A stretch of 64,000 bases of DNA from Candidatus Latescibacterota bacterium (GTDB taxonomy: Bacteria; Latescibacterota; UBA2968), in contig OZ241986.1 in assembly GCA_965204375.1 (NCBI GenBank), forward strand, positions 3,232,001 to 3,296,000, written 5' to 3'. The translations under genes and the position numbers were made by a program. Positions 48,231-58,718 of this stretch are shown here, piece by piece (position 1 is the first letter of the stretch; every line of letters starts with the position of its first letter). The notes below the pieces were generated by a model. The model worked only from the letters and a program-made list of their open reading frames with translations, ran no database searches and had not been told where the DNA came from.

Positions 48231-49190
48231 ATGCCAGATACAATTGTGGGTCGCGTTTCCGATATCATTGGTGGAACGCCGATGGTTCGGTTAGAAAACT
48301 TGTCGCCTGCGGGGGGCGCTACCATTCTGGCCAAAATGGAATATCTCAATCCGGGTGGCAGCGTAAAAGACCGCATTGCGCTGAGTATGATCCGAGATGC
48401 AGAAAAAGTCGGAACACTCAACCCCGGCATGACCATTGTAGAGGCGACCAGTGGAAATACCGGAATCGGCTTGGCAATGTTGTGTGCCAAACTCAAATAT
48501 CGGCTGGTATTGACAATGCCTGAAACAATGAGTTTTGAACGACGGGCACTGGTAACCAGGTACGGAGCCGAAGTGGTCATCACACCCGGCGCAGGCGATA
48601 TGGATGGCGCAAAACAGCGGGCGCAGGAGATCGTAAAAAAGAATGCAAATTGTATCGAATTAAAGCAGTTCGACAATCCGGCCAATCCGGAGGCACATCG
48701 ACAGACCACGGGACCAGAAATTGTGAAAGCAACAGGGGGAAAGGTAACGGCTTTTGTGTCGGGAGTAGGGACAGGGGGGACAATTACGGGAGTGGGCGAG
48801 GTCCTCAAAGCAGAAGTGCCAGATGCAAAAGTGATAGCTGTTGAGCCTGCGGGGTCGGCTGTATTGAGTGATAAAAGCCGGGGACCTCACGCGATCGAGG
48901 GAATTGGCGCGGGATTTATTCCATCGATTTTAAATTGCAATATACTGGATGAAGTAATCACAATAGAGGATCGCGAGGCATTTGACATGACGGAAACTCT
49001 GGCGCGAGAAGAGGCACTATTGGTCGGAATATCTTCGGGGGCAAATGTATTGGCAGCCCGGCGCGTGGCGCAGAGACTTTCGAGCGATGACGTAGTCGTC
49101 ACAGTACTGTGTGATACGGGAACCCGATATTTCAGTATTGAAGAATATTTTCGGCGCGACGAAGTGCAAAATGTAAATGCGCTTCTATAG
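48231..49190 (+). CDS. cysK: cysteine synthase
   Basis: NPGGSVKDR, EATSGNTG, GVGTGGT, GIGAGF. Confidence 0.93.
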   Translation: MPDTIVGRVSDIIGGTPMVRLENLSPAGGATILAKMEYLNPGGSVKDRIALSMIRDAEKVGTLNPGMTIVEATSGNTGIGLAMLCAKLKYRLVLTMPETMSFERRALVTRYGAEVVITPGAGDMDGAKQRAQEIVKKNANCIELKQFDNPANPEAHRQTTGPEIVKATGGKVTAFVSGVGTGGTITGVGEVLKAEVPDAKVIAVEPAGSAVLSDKSRGPHAIEGIGAGFIPSILNCNILDEVITIEDREAFDMTETLAREEALLVGISSGANVLAARRVAQRLSSDDVVVTVLCDTGTRYFSIEEYFRRDEVQNVNALL

Positions 49191-49202
49191 GAAAATAAAG
49201 GT

Positions 49203-50342
49203 ATGAATCTGAGCGGGAAAGAGCGATCATTTGAAGCGCAATTTCGCAAAAAACTCTCTATCTGGCCCAAAGAAAGTCCCTGGCCAGGCATTGGGATATG
49301 TGTAATCTTGTCGTGGGCAGCAATATATTTAAACACATTGCCTTTTCCGCCGTTTACACTGTCTTCGGGCCAGCATCCTTTGAGCGCAGTATTACTGGCA
49401 TTGTTGTTGGGCATGCTGTTGTGCAATGTGATGCCGTCAACAGCAAAATTAAAGCCCGGCATAGATACAGTGGTGCAAAAGTGGCTACCCGTTGGAATTG
49501 TGCTCCTGGGTGCGCGGTTGGATTTTTACGACTTGATTCGCGTCGCAGTGCAGGTCCTGATTGGGGCGGCCGTGTTGATTGCAATAATTGTTGTATTGAC
49601 CCATCTCATGTCGCGCTGGTTTAACATCGAAAAAAAAATGGGACTGTTGATTGGTGTGGGCACAGGGGTTTGCGGAAGTTCTGCCATTGTAGCCCTTGCG
49701 CCCGCAATCAGAGCCAACAACGAAGAAATAACGTATTCGGTCGGGGTAATTAATCTGCTGGGCGTAGTTGCGATGCTGCTATTTCCTGTGGTTGGATCTC
49801 TGGCGATGATAGATGCAGAAGTATATGGCATCTGGTGTGGATTGGGCATTCACGCAACACCACAGGTCATTGCCGCGGGATTCGCGCATGCAGGAGATGG
49901 ACAGACAGCGGGGGAAATGGCGACCATTGTCAAACTGGTACGCATTTCACTTTTGGGACCTGTCGTATTTGTGCTGGGAGCATGGTTTGCTTATACGCAA
50001 CGACAGACGATTTATATCGATGAACCAGTGCGTTATTCCAGGCTGGTACCGGGGTTTGTCGTGTTGTTTCTGGCAATGGCGCTACTGCGAACCCTGGGCT
50101 TTTTGCCGGAAGTAACACTACATTTATCTGAACAATTTGTGTTTGGTGCAGGCGATCGGCATATTGATCTATCTGGATTATTGAGCCAGAGCGGCAAGTG
50201 GATTATTACGTGCGCGATGGCCGGAGTTGGATTATCTACGGCATTTGCTACAATGAAAGCAGGCGGTATAAAACCGGTGATATTGGGCGTCTTATCAGCT
50301 ATCACTCTGGCATTGCTGGGTCTGGGTGTTGCACAATTATAA
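49203..50342 (+). CDS. YeiH-family putative sulfate exporter / membrane protein
   Basis: GIVLLG, GTGVCGSSA, IHATPQV, VKLVR, AMAGVGL. Confidence 0.85.
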   Translation: MNLSGKERSFEAQFRKKLSIWPKESPWPGIGICVILSWAAIYLNTLPFPPFTLSSGQHPLSAVLLALLLGMLLCNVMPSTAKLKPGIDTVVQKWLPVGIVLLGARLDFYDLIRVAVQVLIGAAVLIAIIVVLTHLMSRWFNIEKKMGLLIGVGTGVCGSSAIVALAPAIRANNEEITYSVGVINLLGVVAMLLFPVVGSLAMIDAEVYGIWCGLGIHATPQVIAAGFAHAGDGQTAGEMATIVKLVRISLLGPVVFVLGAWFAYTQRQTIYIDEPVRYSRLVPGFVVLFLAMALLRTLGFLPEVTLHLSEQFVFGAGDRHIDLSGLLSQSGKWIITCAMAGVGLSTAFATMKAGGIKPVILGVLSAITLALLGLGVAQL

Positions 50343-50397
50343 AAACAAGCCCCGAATGCATCAAAACATCCGGGGCTTTGATCCAACAATCGGCAGA

Positions 50398-50754
50398 TTA
50401 ATTCTCAGGTACCTGGCAGCAACTGGGCAACTTTGCATACGCCTCGGCATCGGCCTTTTTGTCATTAGCCGCATAACCCGTCTTAGTAACGGCCTGCTCC
50501 AGAGCGGGAACATTGGTCACCTTGTCATCAAACGTCACCTTCGCTGTTTTCTCCTCCAAATTAACTTCCACGCTCTGAACACCATCAACCTCTTTCAGTG
50601 CTTCCTCTATGGTATTCGAGCACATAGCGCACTGCATCGTTGACAACTTCACCTCGACAGTTGTCGCCTCCGACTCTGACGAACAGCCAACCCATCCCGC
50701 CAGGCCTATCGCTGTCGCGCCAATGACCAGTAATGCAAAAATACGAGACTTCAT
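50398..50754 (-). CDS. exported HMA-domain metal-binding protein (CopZ/MerP-like)
   Basis: Signal peptide with VGC; MQCAMC motif; LPSCC tail. Confidence 0.88.
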   Translation of the reverse strand: MKSRIFALLVIGATAIGLAGWVGCSSESEATTVEVKLSTMQCAMCSNTIEEALKEVDGVQSVEVNLEEKTAKVTFDDKVTNVPALEQAVTKTGYAANDKKADAEAYAKLPSCCQVPEN

Positions 50755-50798
50755 AACACACCTCCTGATAAGTGAATGATTCGGGTTTTACCTCTCGG

Positions 50799-50825
50799 TG
50801 GGCGGGTTAAAAACCCGCCCCTACA
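50799..50825 (-). repeat. GTAG-type REP-like palindrome
   Basis: TGTAGGGGCGGGTTTTTAACCCGCCC on the minus strand. Confidence 0.5.
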
Positions 50826-50844
50826 TTTCGCCTTTCATCTGCCT

Positions 50845-53800
50845 CTATCTGCGTCCATCTGCGGATCTCCTCCTCTCTTTCCACAACGCATAAATCGCCG
50901 GAATCACCAGCAGCGTCAAAATCGTCGATGACACCATCCCCCCCACCATAGGCGCTGCAATGCGCTTCATCGCCTCGGATCCCGTACCCGTTGACCACAT
51001 AATCGGCAACAGACCCATCATCGTCGAAAACACCGTCATCAACTTGGGCCGCACCCGCTCCACAGCACCGGCCATCACCGCCTGATTTAAGTCCGCCAGC
51101 GTCAAAACATCGCCTTTCTCACGTCTAATACTATCATAAGCCTGATCCAGATAAATCAGCATCACCACCCCCGTCTCGGCAGCCAATCCCGCCAGCGCAA
51201 TAAACCCAACACCCACGGCAATACTCATATCGTAATCCAAAATATACATCAACCATATCCCACCGACCAGAGCAAAGGGCAGTGAAAGCATCACAATCGC
51301 GGTCTCAGCCACATTTCTAAAATTCAGATACAACAGAACAAAAATGATCGCCAGCGTCACGGGCACCACAACCTTCAGCTTTCTCTCTGCCCGCAACATA
51401 TATTCATACTGACCGCTCCAGATCGCGGTGTACCCGGGTGGCATCTGCACCTGCTCCAACACCGCCTGTTGCGCCCGCGCCACATAAGTCCCCACATCCA
51501 CGCCTTCAATATCGACATAGACCCACGCATTTAACCGCGCATTCTCGCTCTTAATACCCGGTGGTCCCTTCCGAATGCGAAGATCGGCCAATTGCCCAAT
51601 GGGAATCTGCGCCCCCATCGGCGTGGGCACCAGCACGCGCCGAAGCGCGGGCAAATTGTCGCGCAACTCCCGCCCATAACGCAAATTCACCGGATAGCGT
51701 TCCAAACCCTCCACAGTATGCGTGATATTCATCCCACCCAATGCCGACATAATAACATCCTGTACATCTCCAACCGTCAGCCCATAACGCGCAGCAGCCT
51801 GTCTATCGATCTCAAAATCCAGATAATTGCCACCTGCTGCGCGCTCGGCAAACACACTCAGCGTACCCGGCAAATCGCGCACCACCGTCTCGATCTTCTC
51901 GCCCAACATCTGCAATGTCTCCAGATCATCTCCCACGACCTTGATACCCACAGGCGTCTTAATACCCGTTGAAAGCATATCGATGCGCGTCTTAATCGGC
52001 ATAGTCCACGCATTGGTCAACCCCGGAAATTTCACCGCCTGATTCAATTCTCGAATTAATTTTTGAGGCGTCATGCCTTCTCGCCACTCGGACTCGGGCT
52101 TGAGCATAATCGTCGTCTCAATCATCGACAGCGGAGCCGGGTCTGTCGCAGTCTCCGCCCGACCAATTTTGCCAAATACATGTTCAACTTCGGGAAAAGT
52201 ACGGATGATTTTATCCGTCTGTTGCAACAACGCCCGCGCCCTCGTAATCGATACCCCCGGCAATGTCGTGGGCATATACAACAGATCGCCCTCGTACAAA
52301 GGCGGCATAAATTCCGATCCAATTTTTTCCATAGGAAACAGCGCGTCCAACTTCACCAATGCCTTATAAGTCAAACTCTGCGGTCGGTCTGAAAAACGCG
52401 ACACCACAATATCCCGAAAAGGAAACACCGTCACAAATAGCACCAGCCCGCCCAGCACCACAGTCAGCACCCGATGTCGCAACACCCAATCAATCACGGG
52501 CCGGTACAGATAAATCAACACGCGACTGATGGGATTCTGCGCCTCAGAACGAATTTTACCCCGCACAAAAAAAGTCATCAGCACCGGCACAACCGTAATC
52601 GCCAAAAATGCCGCCGCCGCCATAGCATAAGTTTTGGTATATGCCAGCGGCTTAAACAACCGCCCCTCCTGCGCCTCCAGCGCAAAAACAGGCAAAAACG
52701 ACAGTGTAATAATCAACAGCGAAAAAAACAGCGCAGGTCCCACCTCTTTCGAAGCGGCAATGATCATCTCACTATGCGACTTTGCCCCGCCATCGCGTTC
52801 GATATGCTTGTGCGCATTTTCAATCATCACAATAGCGGCATCCACCATCGCCCCAATGGCAATCGCAATACCGCCAAGAGACATAATATTCGAATTGACA
52901 CCCTGGTGATACATCGCGGCAAACGCAATTAAAATCCCCATCGGCAATGTGAAAACAGCCACAAAAGCACTGCGAAAATGGAGCAAAAAAACAATACACA
53001 CCACAGCCACTATCGCGATCTCTTCAATCAGCTTTTTTTGCAAATGATCAACCGCGCGCAGAATAAGTGCCGAGCGATCGTAATTGGCGACCACCACCAC
53101 GCCTTCGGGAAGACCCGGTTTGAGCGATTCCATCTTCTCTTTCACCCGATCGATAACTTTGAGCGCATTCTCCCCATACCGCATCACCACAATACCCCCC
53201 ACCACTTCCCCCTCGCCATTCCACTCGGCCAAACCCCTTCTGAGTTCTGGCCCCACCTGCACAGTCGCAACATCCTTTACGCGAATCGGTGTACCGTGTT
53301 CATCCACACCCAGTGCAATCTGCTCGATATCCGCTACAGACTGGATATACCCCAACCCACGCACCATAAACTCCGTCTCTGCCAACTCGACCAACCGCCC
53401 CCCCACATCGTTATTGCTTCGCTGAATCGCCGTCCGAATCTTCTGCAAAGGAATATTGTATGCCAGCAAGCGATTGGGATCCACAACCACCTGGTACTGC
53501 TTCACAAATCCCCCCACAGACGCCACTTCCGACACACCCTGCACACTGCTCAACTCATACCGCAAATACCAATCCTGAATCGAGCGCAATTCCGAAAGAT
53601 CATATCTCCCGGTCGTGTCCAGCACCGTATATTGATATACCCAGCCCACACCTGTCGCATCTGGTCCCAGCTTTGGCGTTACCCCCTGCGGCAATCTATC
53701 AGACGCGGAATTGAGATACTCCAACACCCGACTGCGCGCCCAGTACATATCCGTACCATCCTCAAAAATTACATACACATAAGAAATGCCAAAAAACGAA

Positions 53801-54054
53801 TACCCCCGCACCGTCTTTGCATAAGGAACGGACAACATCGCCGTCGTCAGCGGATACGTCACCTGATCTTCCACCACCTGCGGTGCCTGCCCTGGATATT
53901 CGCTAAACACGATCACCTGCACATCCGACAAATCGGGAATCGCATCCAGTGGCGTATTCAACATCGCGTACACCCCCCATCCAATCACCATCAAAGTGGC
54001 AATCACCACCAAGAACCGATTCTCGACACTCGCTTCAATAATTCGATTTAACAT
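50845..54054 (-). CDS. cusA: CusA/SilA-family heavy-metal RND permease
   Basis: DAIPDLSDVQVI, GPDATGVGW, PIKTRIDMLSTG, RIAAPMVGG. Confidence 0.95.
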   Translation of the reverse strand: MLNRIIEASVENRFLVVIATLMVIGWGVYAMLNTPLDAIPDLSDVQVIVFSEYPGQAPQVVEDQVTYPLTTAMLSVPYAKTVRGYSFFGISYVYVIFEDGTDMYWARSRVLEYLNSASDRLPQGVTPKLGPDATGVGWVYQYTVLDTTGRYDLSELRSIQDWYLRYELSSVQGVSEVASVGGFVKQYQVVVDPNRLLAYNIPLQKIRTAIQRSNNDVGGRLVELAETEFMVRGLGYIQSVADIEQIALGVDEHGTPIRVKDVATVQVGPELRRGLAEWNGEGEVVGGIVVMRYGENALKVIDRVKEKMESLKPGLPEGVVVVANYDRSALILRAVDHLQKKLIEEIAIVAVVCIVFLLHFRSAFVAVFTLPMGILIAFAAMYHQGVNSNIMSLGGIAIAIGAMVDAAIVMIENAHKHIERDGGAKSHSEMIIAASKEVGPALFFSLLIITLSFLPVFALEAQEGRLFKPLAYTKTYAMAAAAFLAITVVPVLMTFFVRGKIRSEAQNPISRVLIYLYRPVIDWVLRHRVLTVVLGGLVLFVTVFPFRDIVVSRFSDRPQSLTYKALVKLDALFPMEKIGSEFMPPLYEGDLLYMPTTLPGVSITRARALLQQTDKIIRTFPEVEHVFGKIGRAETATDPAPLSMIETTIMLKPESEWREGMTPQKLIRELNQAVKFPGLTNAWTMPIKTRIDMLSTGIKTPVGIKVVGDDLETLQMLGEKIETVVRDLPGTLSVFAERAAGGNYLDFEIDRQAAARYGLTVGDVQDVIMSALGGMNITHTVEGLERYPVNLRYGRELRDNLPALRRVLVPTPMGAQIPIGQLADLRIRKGPPGIKSENARLNAWVYVDIEGVDVGTYVARAQQAVLEQVQMPPGYTAIWSGQYEYMLRAERKLKVVVPVTLAIIFVLLYLNFRNVAETAIVMLSLPFALVGGIWLMYILDYDMSIAVGVGFIALAGLAAETGVVMLIYLDQAYDSIRREKGDVLTLADLNQAVMAGAVERVRPKLMTVFSTMMGLLPIMWSTGTGSEAMKRIAAPMVGGMVSSTILTLLVIPAIYALWKERRRSADGRR

Positions 54055-54083
54055 CGCGTTCCAACCCCCTCAAAATACGCGCA

Positions 54084-55403
54084 TCAATGTCCACCATGTC
54101 CACCATGTCCGCCATGTCCACCAACATCCCCGCGCATCCCCGCCAGTGCAGCCTTCAAATTGCTCTCTGAATCGATCAAAAATTGCGCCGAAGTCACAAT
54201 CCGCTCCCCCGAATTTAATCCCTGCATTACCTCATAGCCATCCTCGGTCTCCACCCCGGTGTGAATCTCGCGCGGTTCAAACTTGCCATCTCCCTGGGCC
54301 ATCACAACAACCCTGCGCGTCCCCGAATGAATCACCGCCTGCACGGGAATCACAATCCCCTCACGCGCCACCTCGGAGCGAATCACCACATCGGCATACA
54401 TATCCGGTTTAAGCGCACCATCTGCATTATCGAAAATCATCCGTACCTGCACCGTACGCGTCTTTTCATTCATAAAGGGAAAAATATAATCCACTTTTCC
54501 CCCAAATTGCTCGCCCGGCAAATAAGACAGCGACACCTCTGCGCGCTGCCCTTTGGAAACCCACGGCATCTCGTATTCGTACACATCTGCATAAATCCAC
54601 ACCACCGACAGATCCGCAATGCGATACAGATGTTGACCCGACCCAATATACGCTCCCTCCAGCACATCTTTGTGCGTCACAATCCCCGAACGAGGAGCCA
54701 GAATGGGCATTGTCCGCCCAGCCTGTCGCGTCTTCTCCAACTCGGCAATCTGACCCTCCGAAATATCCCAGTACAGCAACCTCTGTCGCGCAGCAGCAAG
54801 CAGATCGTCGGCACTTTGCGCCACATTTCGATCCACGCCACCGCGCATTCTCTCCGCATAATCCAGAGCCGTCAAATACTCCTCCTGCGCCGCAACGAGT
54901 TCAGGGCTATAAAGCGCCAGCAAAGGCTGCCCCTTTTTCACCCACTGACCGGTATAATCCACATATAACTCTTCAACCCATCCGGCGACCTTACTATTCA
55001 CATCCATAATCCGCGTCTCGTCATAATCCACCCTGCCCACCGCACGCACCGTACGCTTCAAAGGCTGTTTCTTCACCACCATCGTCTTCACACCAATATT
55101 CTGAATCGTCGCGGGATCGATCTGCACAGTCGCCGATTGCACATCTCCCTCAGACGATCCAGTGACCTCTTTCTCGACCAAATCCATATTGCAAATTGGA
55201 CAAGTACCGCGCTTATCCGACACTACCGTCGGATGCATCGGACAGATATAGGTCGCGTGCTCCATCTGCGCGTCATGATGATGCCCGCCATTCATCTCCT
55301 TTTGCACCTGATCTGTATGCGTATCTCCCGAAATCCAGACCCCACCAACAAATCCCGCGACCAATACCGCGATCAATACTAAAATTGGAAGGAGATATTT
55401 CAT
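54084..55403 (-). CDS. cusB: CusB-family membrane fusion protein
   Basis: YICPMHP...CPICNMDL metal-binding domain, YSPELVAAQEEYL, FLIDSES, (GGH)n tail. Confidence 0.92.
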   Translation of the reverse strand: MKYLLPILVLIAVLVAGFVGGVWISGDTHTDQVQKEMNGGHHHDAQMEHATYICPMHPTVVSDKRGTCPICNMDLVEKEVTGSSEGDVQSATVQIDPATIQNIGVKTMVVKKQPLKRTVRAVGRVDYDETRIMDVNSKVAGWVEELYVDYTGQWVKKGQPLLALYSPELVAAQEEYLTALDYAERMRGGVDRNVAQSADDLLAAARQRLLYWDISEGQIAELEKTRQAGRTMPILAPRSGIVTHKDVLEGAYIGSGQHLYRIADLSVVWIYADVYEYEMPWVSKGQRAEVSLSYLPGEQFGGKVDYIFPFMNEKTRTVQVRMIFDNADGALKPDMYADVVIRSEVAREGIVIPVQAVIHSGTRRVVVMAQGDGKFEPREIHTGVETEDGYEVMQGLNSGERIVTSAQFLIDSESNLKAALAGMRGDVGGHGGHGGHGGH

Positions 55404-55417
55404 ATCTCAACTCCTTG

Positions 55418-55449
55418 TTAGAGGGCAGGCACAGGAGCCTGCCCCGACC
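55418..55449 (+). repeat. GTAG-type REP-like palindrome
   Basis: GTAGAGGGCAGGC-acagga-GCCTGCCC. Confidence 0.45.
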
Positions 55450-55455
55450 TTACAC

Positions 55456-56715
55456 CTAACGTCCTACCGCCACCGCCAGATCTGCCACTCGTTTTTCATG
55501 CTCAATCACATGTCGATAATGTGCGACCTCAAAATTCAACAGCGTCATCTGATTATTCAACAGCGTCAAAAAATCTACCTTATCCACCCGATACCCCGAC
55601 AATGCCGACGCCAGCGACTGCTCTGCCTGAGGCAACATCGCAGAGCGAAACAACTCGGCACTTTCCCGGTGTTGCCCGACCTCAATAATCAGACGCTGAA
55701 TCTCGTAGTGAATCTTCTGGCGTTCAGCGGCCTTTTGCGCCTCAACCTCTCGCATATTGGCCCGCGCTTCTGCAATCTGCTGGCGTTGCTTGCGCCCGCC
55801 AAACACGGGCAATGGAATACCAATACCAACAGATATAAAATCGCTTCCTTTCACCGGATCATTTGCCGCAAACACGCGCTGGCGATATCCCAAACTCACC
55901 GTCATATCCGGCCAAACATTTCTTCGTGCAACCTCAACCTCTGCTTGCCACATCAAAACCGATTGATCCATCGCCTTCAGGGATGGATGTACCTCGTCGG
56001 CCTGCGCCTGCAAGGCATCAACTGTCAGCGGCACGCCCGAAAGGCCAATAGTATCTGGCGGTGCGCCCAGAGGACTTTGCGGAGACCGATTCAACACCAG
56101 ATTCAAACGCGCCTCTGCCAATTGTTTTTTAGCCCGAAGAGCAATCAACTCTGTATCCAGTGCCGAAAGCGAAACCTGAGCTTTCAACACATCCTGTTGC
56201 AACCCCTTTCCAACGGCGTATTTCGTGCGGGCAATGCGAATCAGGTCTTGCAACAACACCCGATTCTTTTTCATAATCGCAATGGCACGGATCACATAAG
56301 CCAGATCAAAAAAAGGCTGCTTGACCGCATTGGCAATAGCCAGTTCTCGATCGCGTAACAGCCAGGCAACAGACTCTGAGGCAAACTGGGCTGAACGCTC
56401 GCGCGCCCGCTGTTTTCCCGGTAAAGAAAACTTCTGGTTGAGCACAAATTGATTCCCACTCATCGGCGTACTGCTCAAATTGAAGTCGCTCAACGGCACA
56501 TTGCTCACCTCAAAGCGAAAAGACGGATCTTCCAGCGTGCCCGCCTGGGGAATTTTTGCTTCAAAAGCAGCCAACCGCGCCCGCAAAACCGACAAATTGG
56601 GATTATTTTTCAAAGCCTCCTGAATCAGCGCATCCAGATCCAGTTCATCTGCCTGCAAAGGCAAAATAGATATACCCATGAGGCATAGTCCGATCATGGC
56701 TCGGATAGCATACAC
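55456..56715 (-). CDS. TolC-family outer-membrane efflux protein (CusC-like)
   Basis: ALKNNP, DVLKAQV, YRVDKVDFLTLL; first structural gene of the RND operon. Confidence 0.88.
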   Translation of the reverse strand: MYAIRAMIGLCLMGISILPLQADELDLDALIQEALKNNPNLSVLRARLAAFEAKIPQAGTLEDPSFRFEVSNVPLSDFNLSSTPMSGNQFVLNQKFSLPGKQRARERSAQFASESVAWLLRDRELAIANAVKQPFFDLAYVIRAIAIMKKNRVLLQDLIRIARTKYAVGKGLQQDVLKAQVSLSALDTELIALRAKKQLAEARLNLVLNRSPQSPLGAPPDTIGLSGVPLTVDALQAQADEVHPSLKAMDQSVLMWQAEVEVARRNVWPDMTVSLGYRQRVFAANDPVKGSDFISVGIGIPLPVFGGRKQRQQIAEARANMREVEAQKAAERQKIHYEIQRLIIEVGQHRESAELFRSAMLPQAEQSLASALSGYRVDKVDFLTLLNNQMTLLNFEVAHYRHVIEHEKRVADLAVAVGR

Positions 56716-56856
56716 AAGCCACCTCCAGAAAATTTGTATTTATTTTTTTATTCAAAAAGGAAAAATGCTGCAAAACATGCGGCAGGAAAAACGACCATTT
56801 GGGAACGATTTGTACACACCTATCCCCAAACGCCGTTCAAGCGCAGGCAGGAAAAA

Positions 56857-57210
56857 TCAGATGAGAAATGCAGCGTGGAGAAGGTACAGATCGGGCGGTG
56901 ATCGCAAAGCTTTCTGCCGATCATATACCTTAAAAGGAAGGAAATCATTCTGAGAAAGAACAACAGAGGAATACAACGTCACACAAGGCAAATCCAACTT
57001 TGGATTTTGCCATTCACCCGGCAAAACAGCCAGATCGCGCGCAGGCATCTGCTGATCAACTGTTGCCTCTTTGCTACAACAACAATCTTTCATCTCTACC
57101 GCAGCATGACACTCTGGCATCGAAGCCTGATGCGCCCAGCACAGACAGGGCGCAACCATTCCCATGAGCGTCAGCGCGACAATACAAATATGAGCAAAAC
57201 GACGAAACAC
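56857..57210 (-). CDS. small Cys-rich exported hypothetical protein upstream of the metal efflux operon
   Basis: Signal peptide; CHA...DCCC; RSPPDLYLLHAAFLI tail. Confidence 0.6.
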   Translation of the reverse strand: MFRRFAHICIVALTLMGMVAPCLCWAHQASMPECHAAVEMKDCCCSKEATVDQQMPARDLAVLPGEWQNPKLDLPCVTLYSSVVLSQNDFLPFKVYDRQKALRSPPDLYLLHAAFLI

Positions 57211-57285
57211 GGCTCAATCTCCAGAAGTTGGAAAACTTTGTAAAAAATAACCAAAAGCACTTATTTCGTCAAGACGCGCATTTTT

Positions 57286-57981
57286 TTACCACCACCCGCG
57301 CCGCCGACCTCGCCGACCCCGATCATTTTCCCGATCTTCGGGTATCTCGCCAATTACAATATCAAAATTTGCCGTCAATTCGCCAATCTCAGACCCGGGC
57401 AATGGCTTAAACGGCACGGACAACAAATCGTGAGAAGCGCGACCAGTATTCCTGAAAATAGAATCCCACGCATTGTCCGGATTATCTTTCACGTACATCT
57501 GCGACGTCAAAAGCCGGTGCCCATTTTTATTAATCGCAAAATGAATATGAGCGGTTCGCGACCCCCCGTACCGCACGGGCTTAATCGTCCGAAAGCGGTA
57601 CTCCCCTGTAGATCCCGTCTCAAAACGCCCAAAACCCTGAAAATTCGTGTCCCGCCTGTTGCGCCGCGGAGCCTCAGAATGAATATAAACCCCATTGCTA
57701 TCGACCTGCCAGATCTCCACGATGGCATTCTTTACGGGATTGGCATTCACATCCAAAACGCGTCCGGTCAAATGCGTAATCTCTCCCACGGCTGGCGTAA
57801 TCGCATCGTTGATTATCACGAGATCATTATCGACATCCAGCGGCATCTTATCCGGATAAAATGGGCCCTCGGTCTGTCGAGGCGTAAGCGTCAATTGCTC
57901 GGCAAAAACCCCTGGCGTCACAAAAACCGCAGCACCCAATGCAGCGGATTGATACAGAAAATGTCGGCGATTAACAGACAT
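57286..57981 (-). CDS. intradiol ring-cleavage dioxygenase family protein with a Tat signal
   Basis: NRRHFL, EGPFYP, EIWQVD..GVY, RTAHIHF. Confidence 0.88.
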   Translation of the reverse strand: MSVNRRHFLYQSAALGAAVFVTPGVFAEQLTLTPRQTEGPFYPDKMPLDVDNDLVIINDAITPAVGEITHLTGRVLDVNANPVKNAIVEIWQVDSNGVYIHSEAPRRNRRDTNFQGFGRFETGSTGEYRFRTIKPVRYGGSRTAHIHFAINKNGHRLLTSQMYVKDNPDNAWDSIFRNTGRASHDLLSVPFKPLPGSEIGELTANFDIVIGEIPEDRENDRGRRGRRRGWW

Positions 57982-58025
57982 CACGGCCTCCCTCGCATAA
58001 AATTTTCTAGCTGTATAAAAAACGA

Positions 58026-58718
58026 CTATCTAATCTCCACGTACCGCTCCAAACGCGCGACCTCGCCGTCATCGACGTACTTGCCAATCTCACGCCGAAA
58101 CTGCTCCATGCTCGAATACGGACGGTACTCCTCAAACTCGTGCGCCATCCGCTTTCCCACGCCGGGAATGGCGAGGATCTCATCCTCGGTAGCTGTGTTC
58201 AAGTCAATAGGCACAAAAACATACTGCTCCATTCGCGCAACCTCGGTATCATCTACGTATTTGCCCATCTCACGGCGCCATTGGGCAATAGCCGTATAAG
58301 GACGGTACTCCTCAAACTCGTGCGCCATCTTTTTGCCTACACCAGGCACCAGAAGAATCTCCTCCTCGCTGGCGGTATTCAGATTAATCGGAATGAACAT
58401 CTGAACGTAGAGCTTCGCGGTCTCCTCCTCGCCAAGATGTTGCGAGATGACCGAGTGCAATGCGTCCATACCGAGGAACGGGCGCTGCGCCATAATCGAG
58501 TCACCGAGTGCTTTGCTCACCCCGGGAAGTGCGCCGAGTTCATCGGCTCCTGCGAGATTTGGATTGACAACCACCGCGCTACTCGCGGCTTCTTCTGCGG
58601 GAGCATCAGAAGCAGGTTTCTCATCTACATTCGCACCACCACAACCCCAGAGCATCGCAAAACACACGAGTAACACCGCCATATTGGTAAACTTCTCTCT
58701 TCTACCGCAAATATTCAT
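58026..58718 (-). CDS. lipoprotein with tandem helix-hairpin-helix repeats
   Basis: LWGC lipobox; three N[LT]A..EL/EI..[LVI]PGV repeats. Confidence 0.75.
   Translation of the reverse strand: MNICGRREKFTNMAVLLVCFAMLWGCGGANVDEKPASDAPAEEAASSAVVVNPNLAGADELGALPGVSKALGDSIMAQRPFLGMDALHSVISQHLGEEETAKLYVQMFIPINLNTASEEEILLVPGVGKKMAHEFEEYRPYTAIAQWRREMGKYVDDTEVARMEQYVFVPIDLNTATEDEILAIPGVGKRMAHEFEEYRPYSSMEQFRREIGKYVDDGEVARLERYVEIR

Noticed and set aside
58070-58400. ~180-bp direct repeat, considered as a possible DGR template/variable pair
   Set aside because: Both copies are in-frame HhH domains of one protein and there is no reverse transcriptase in the window.
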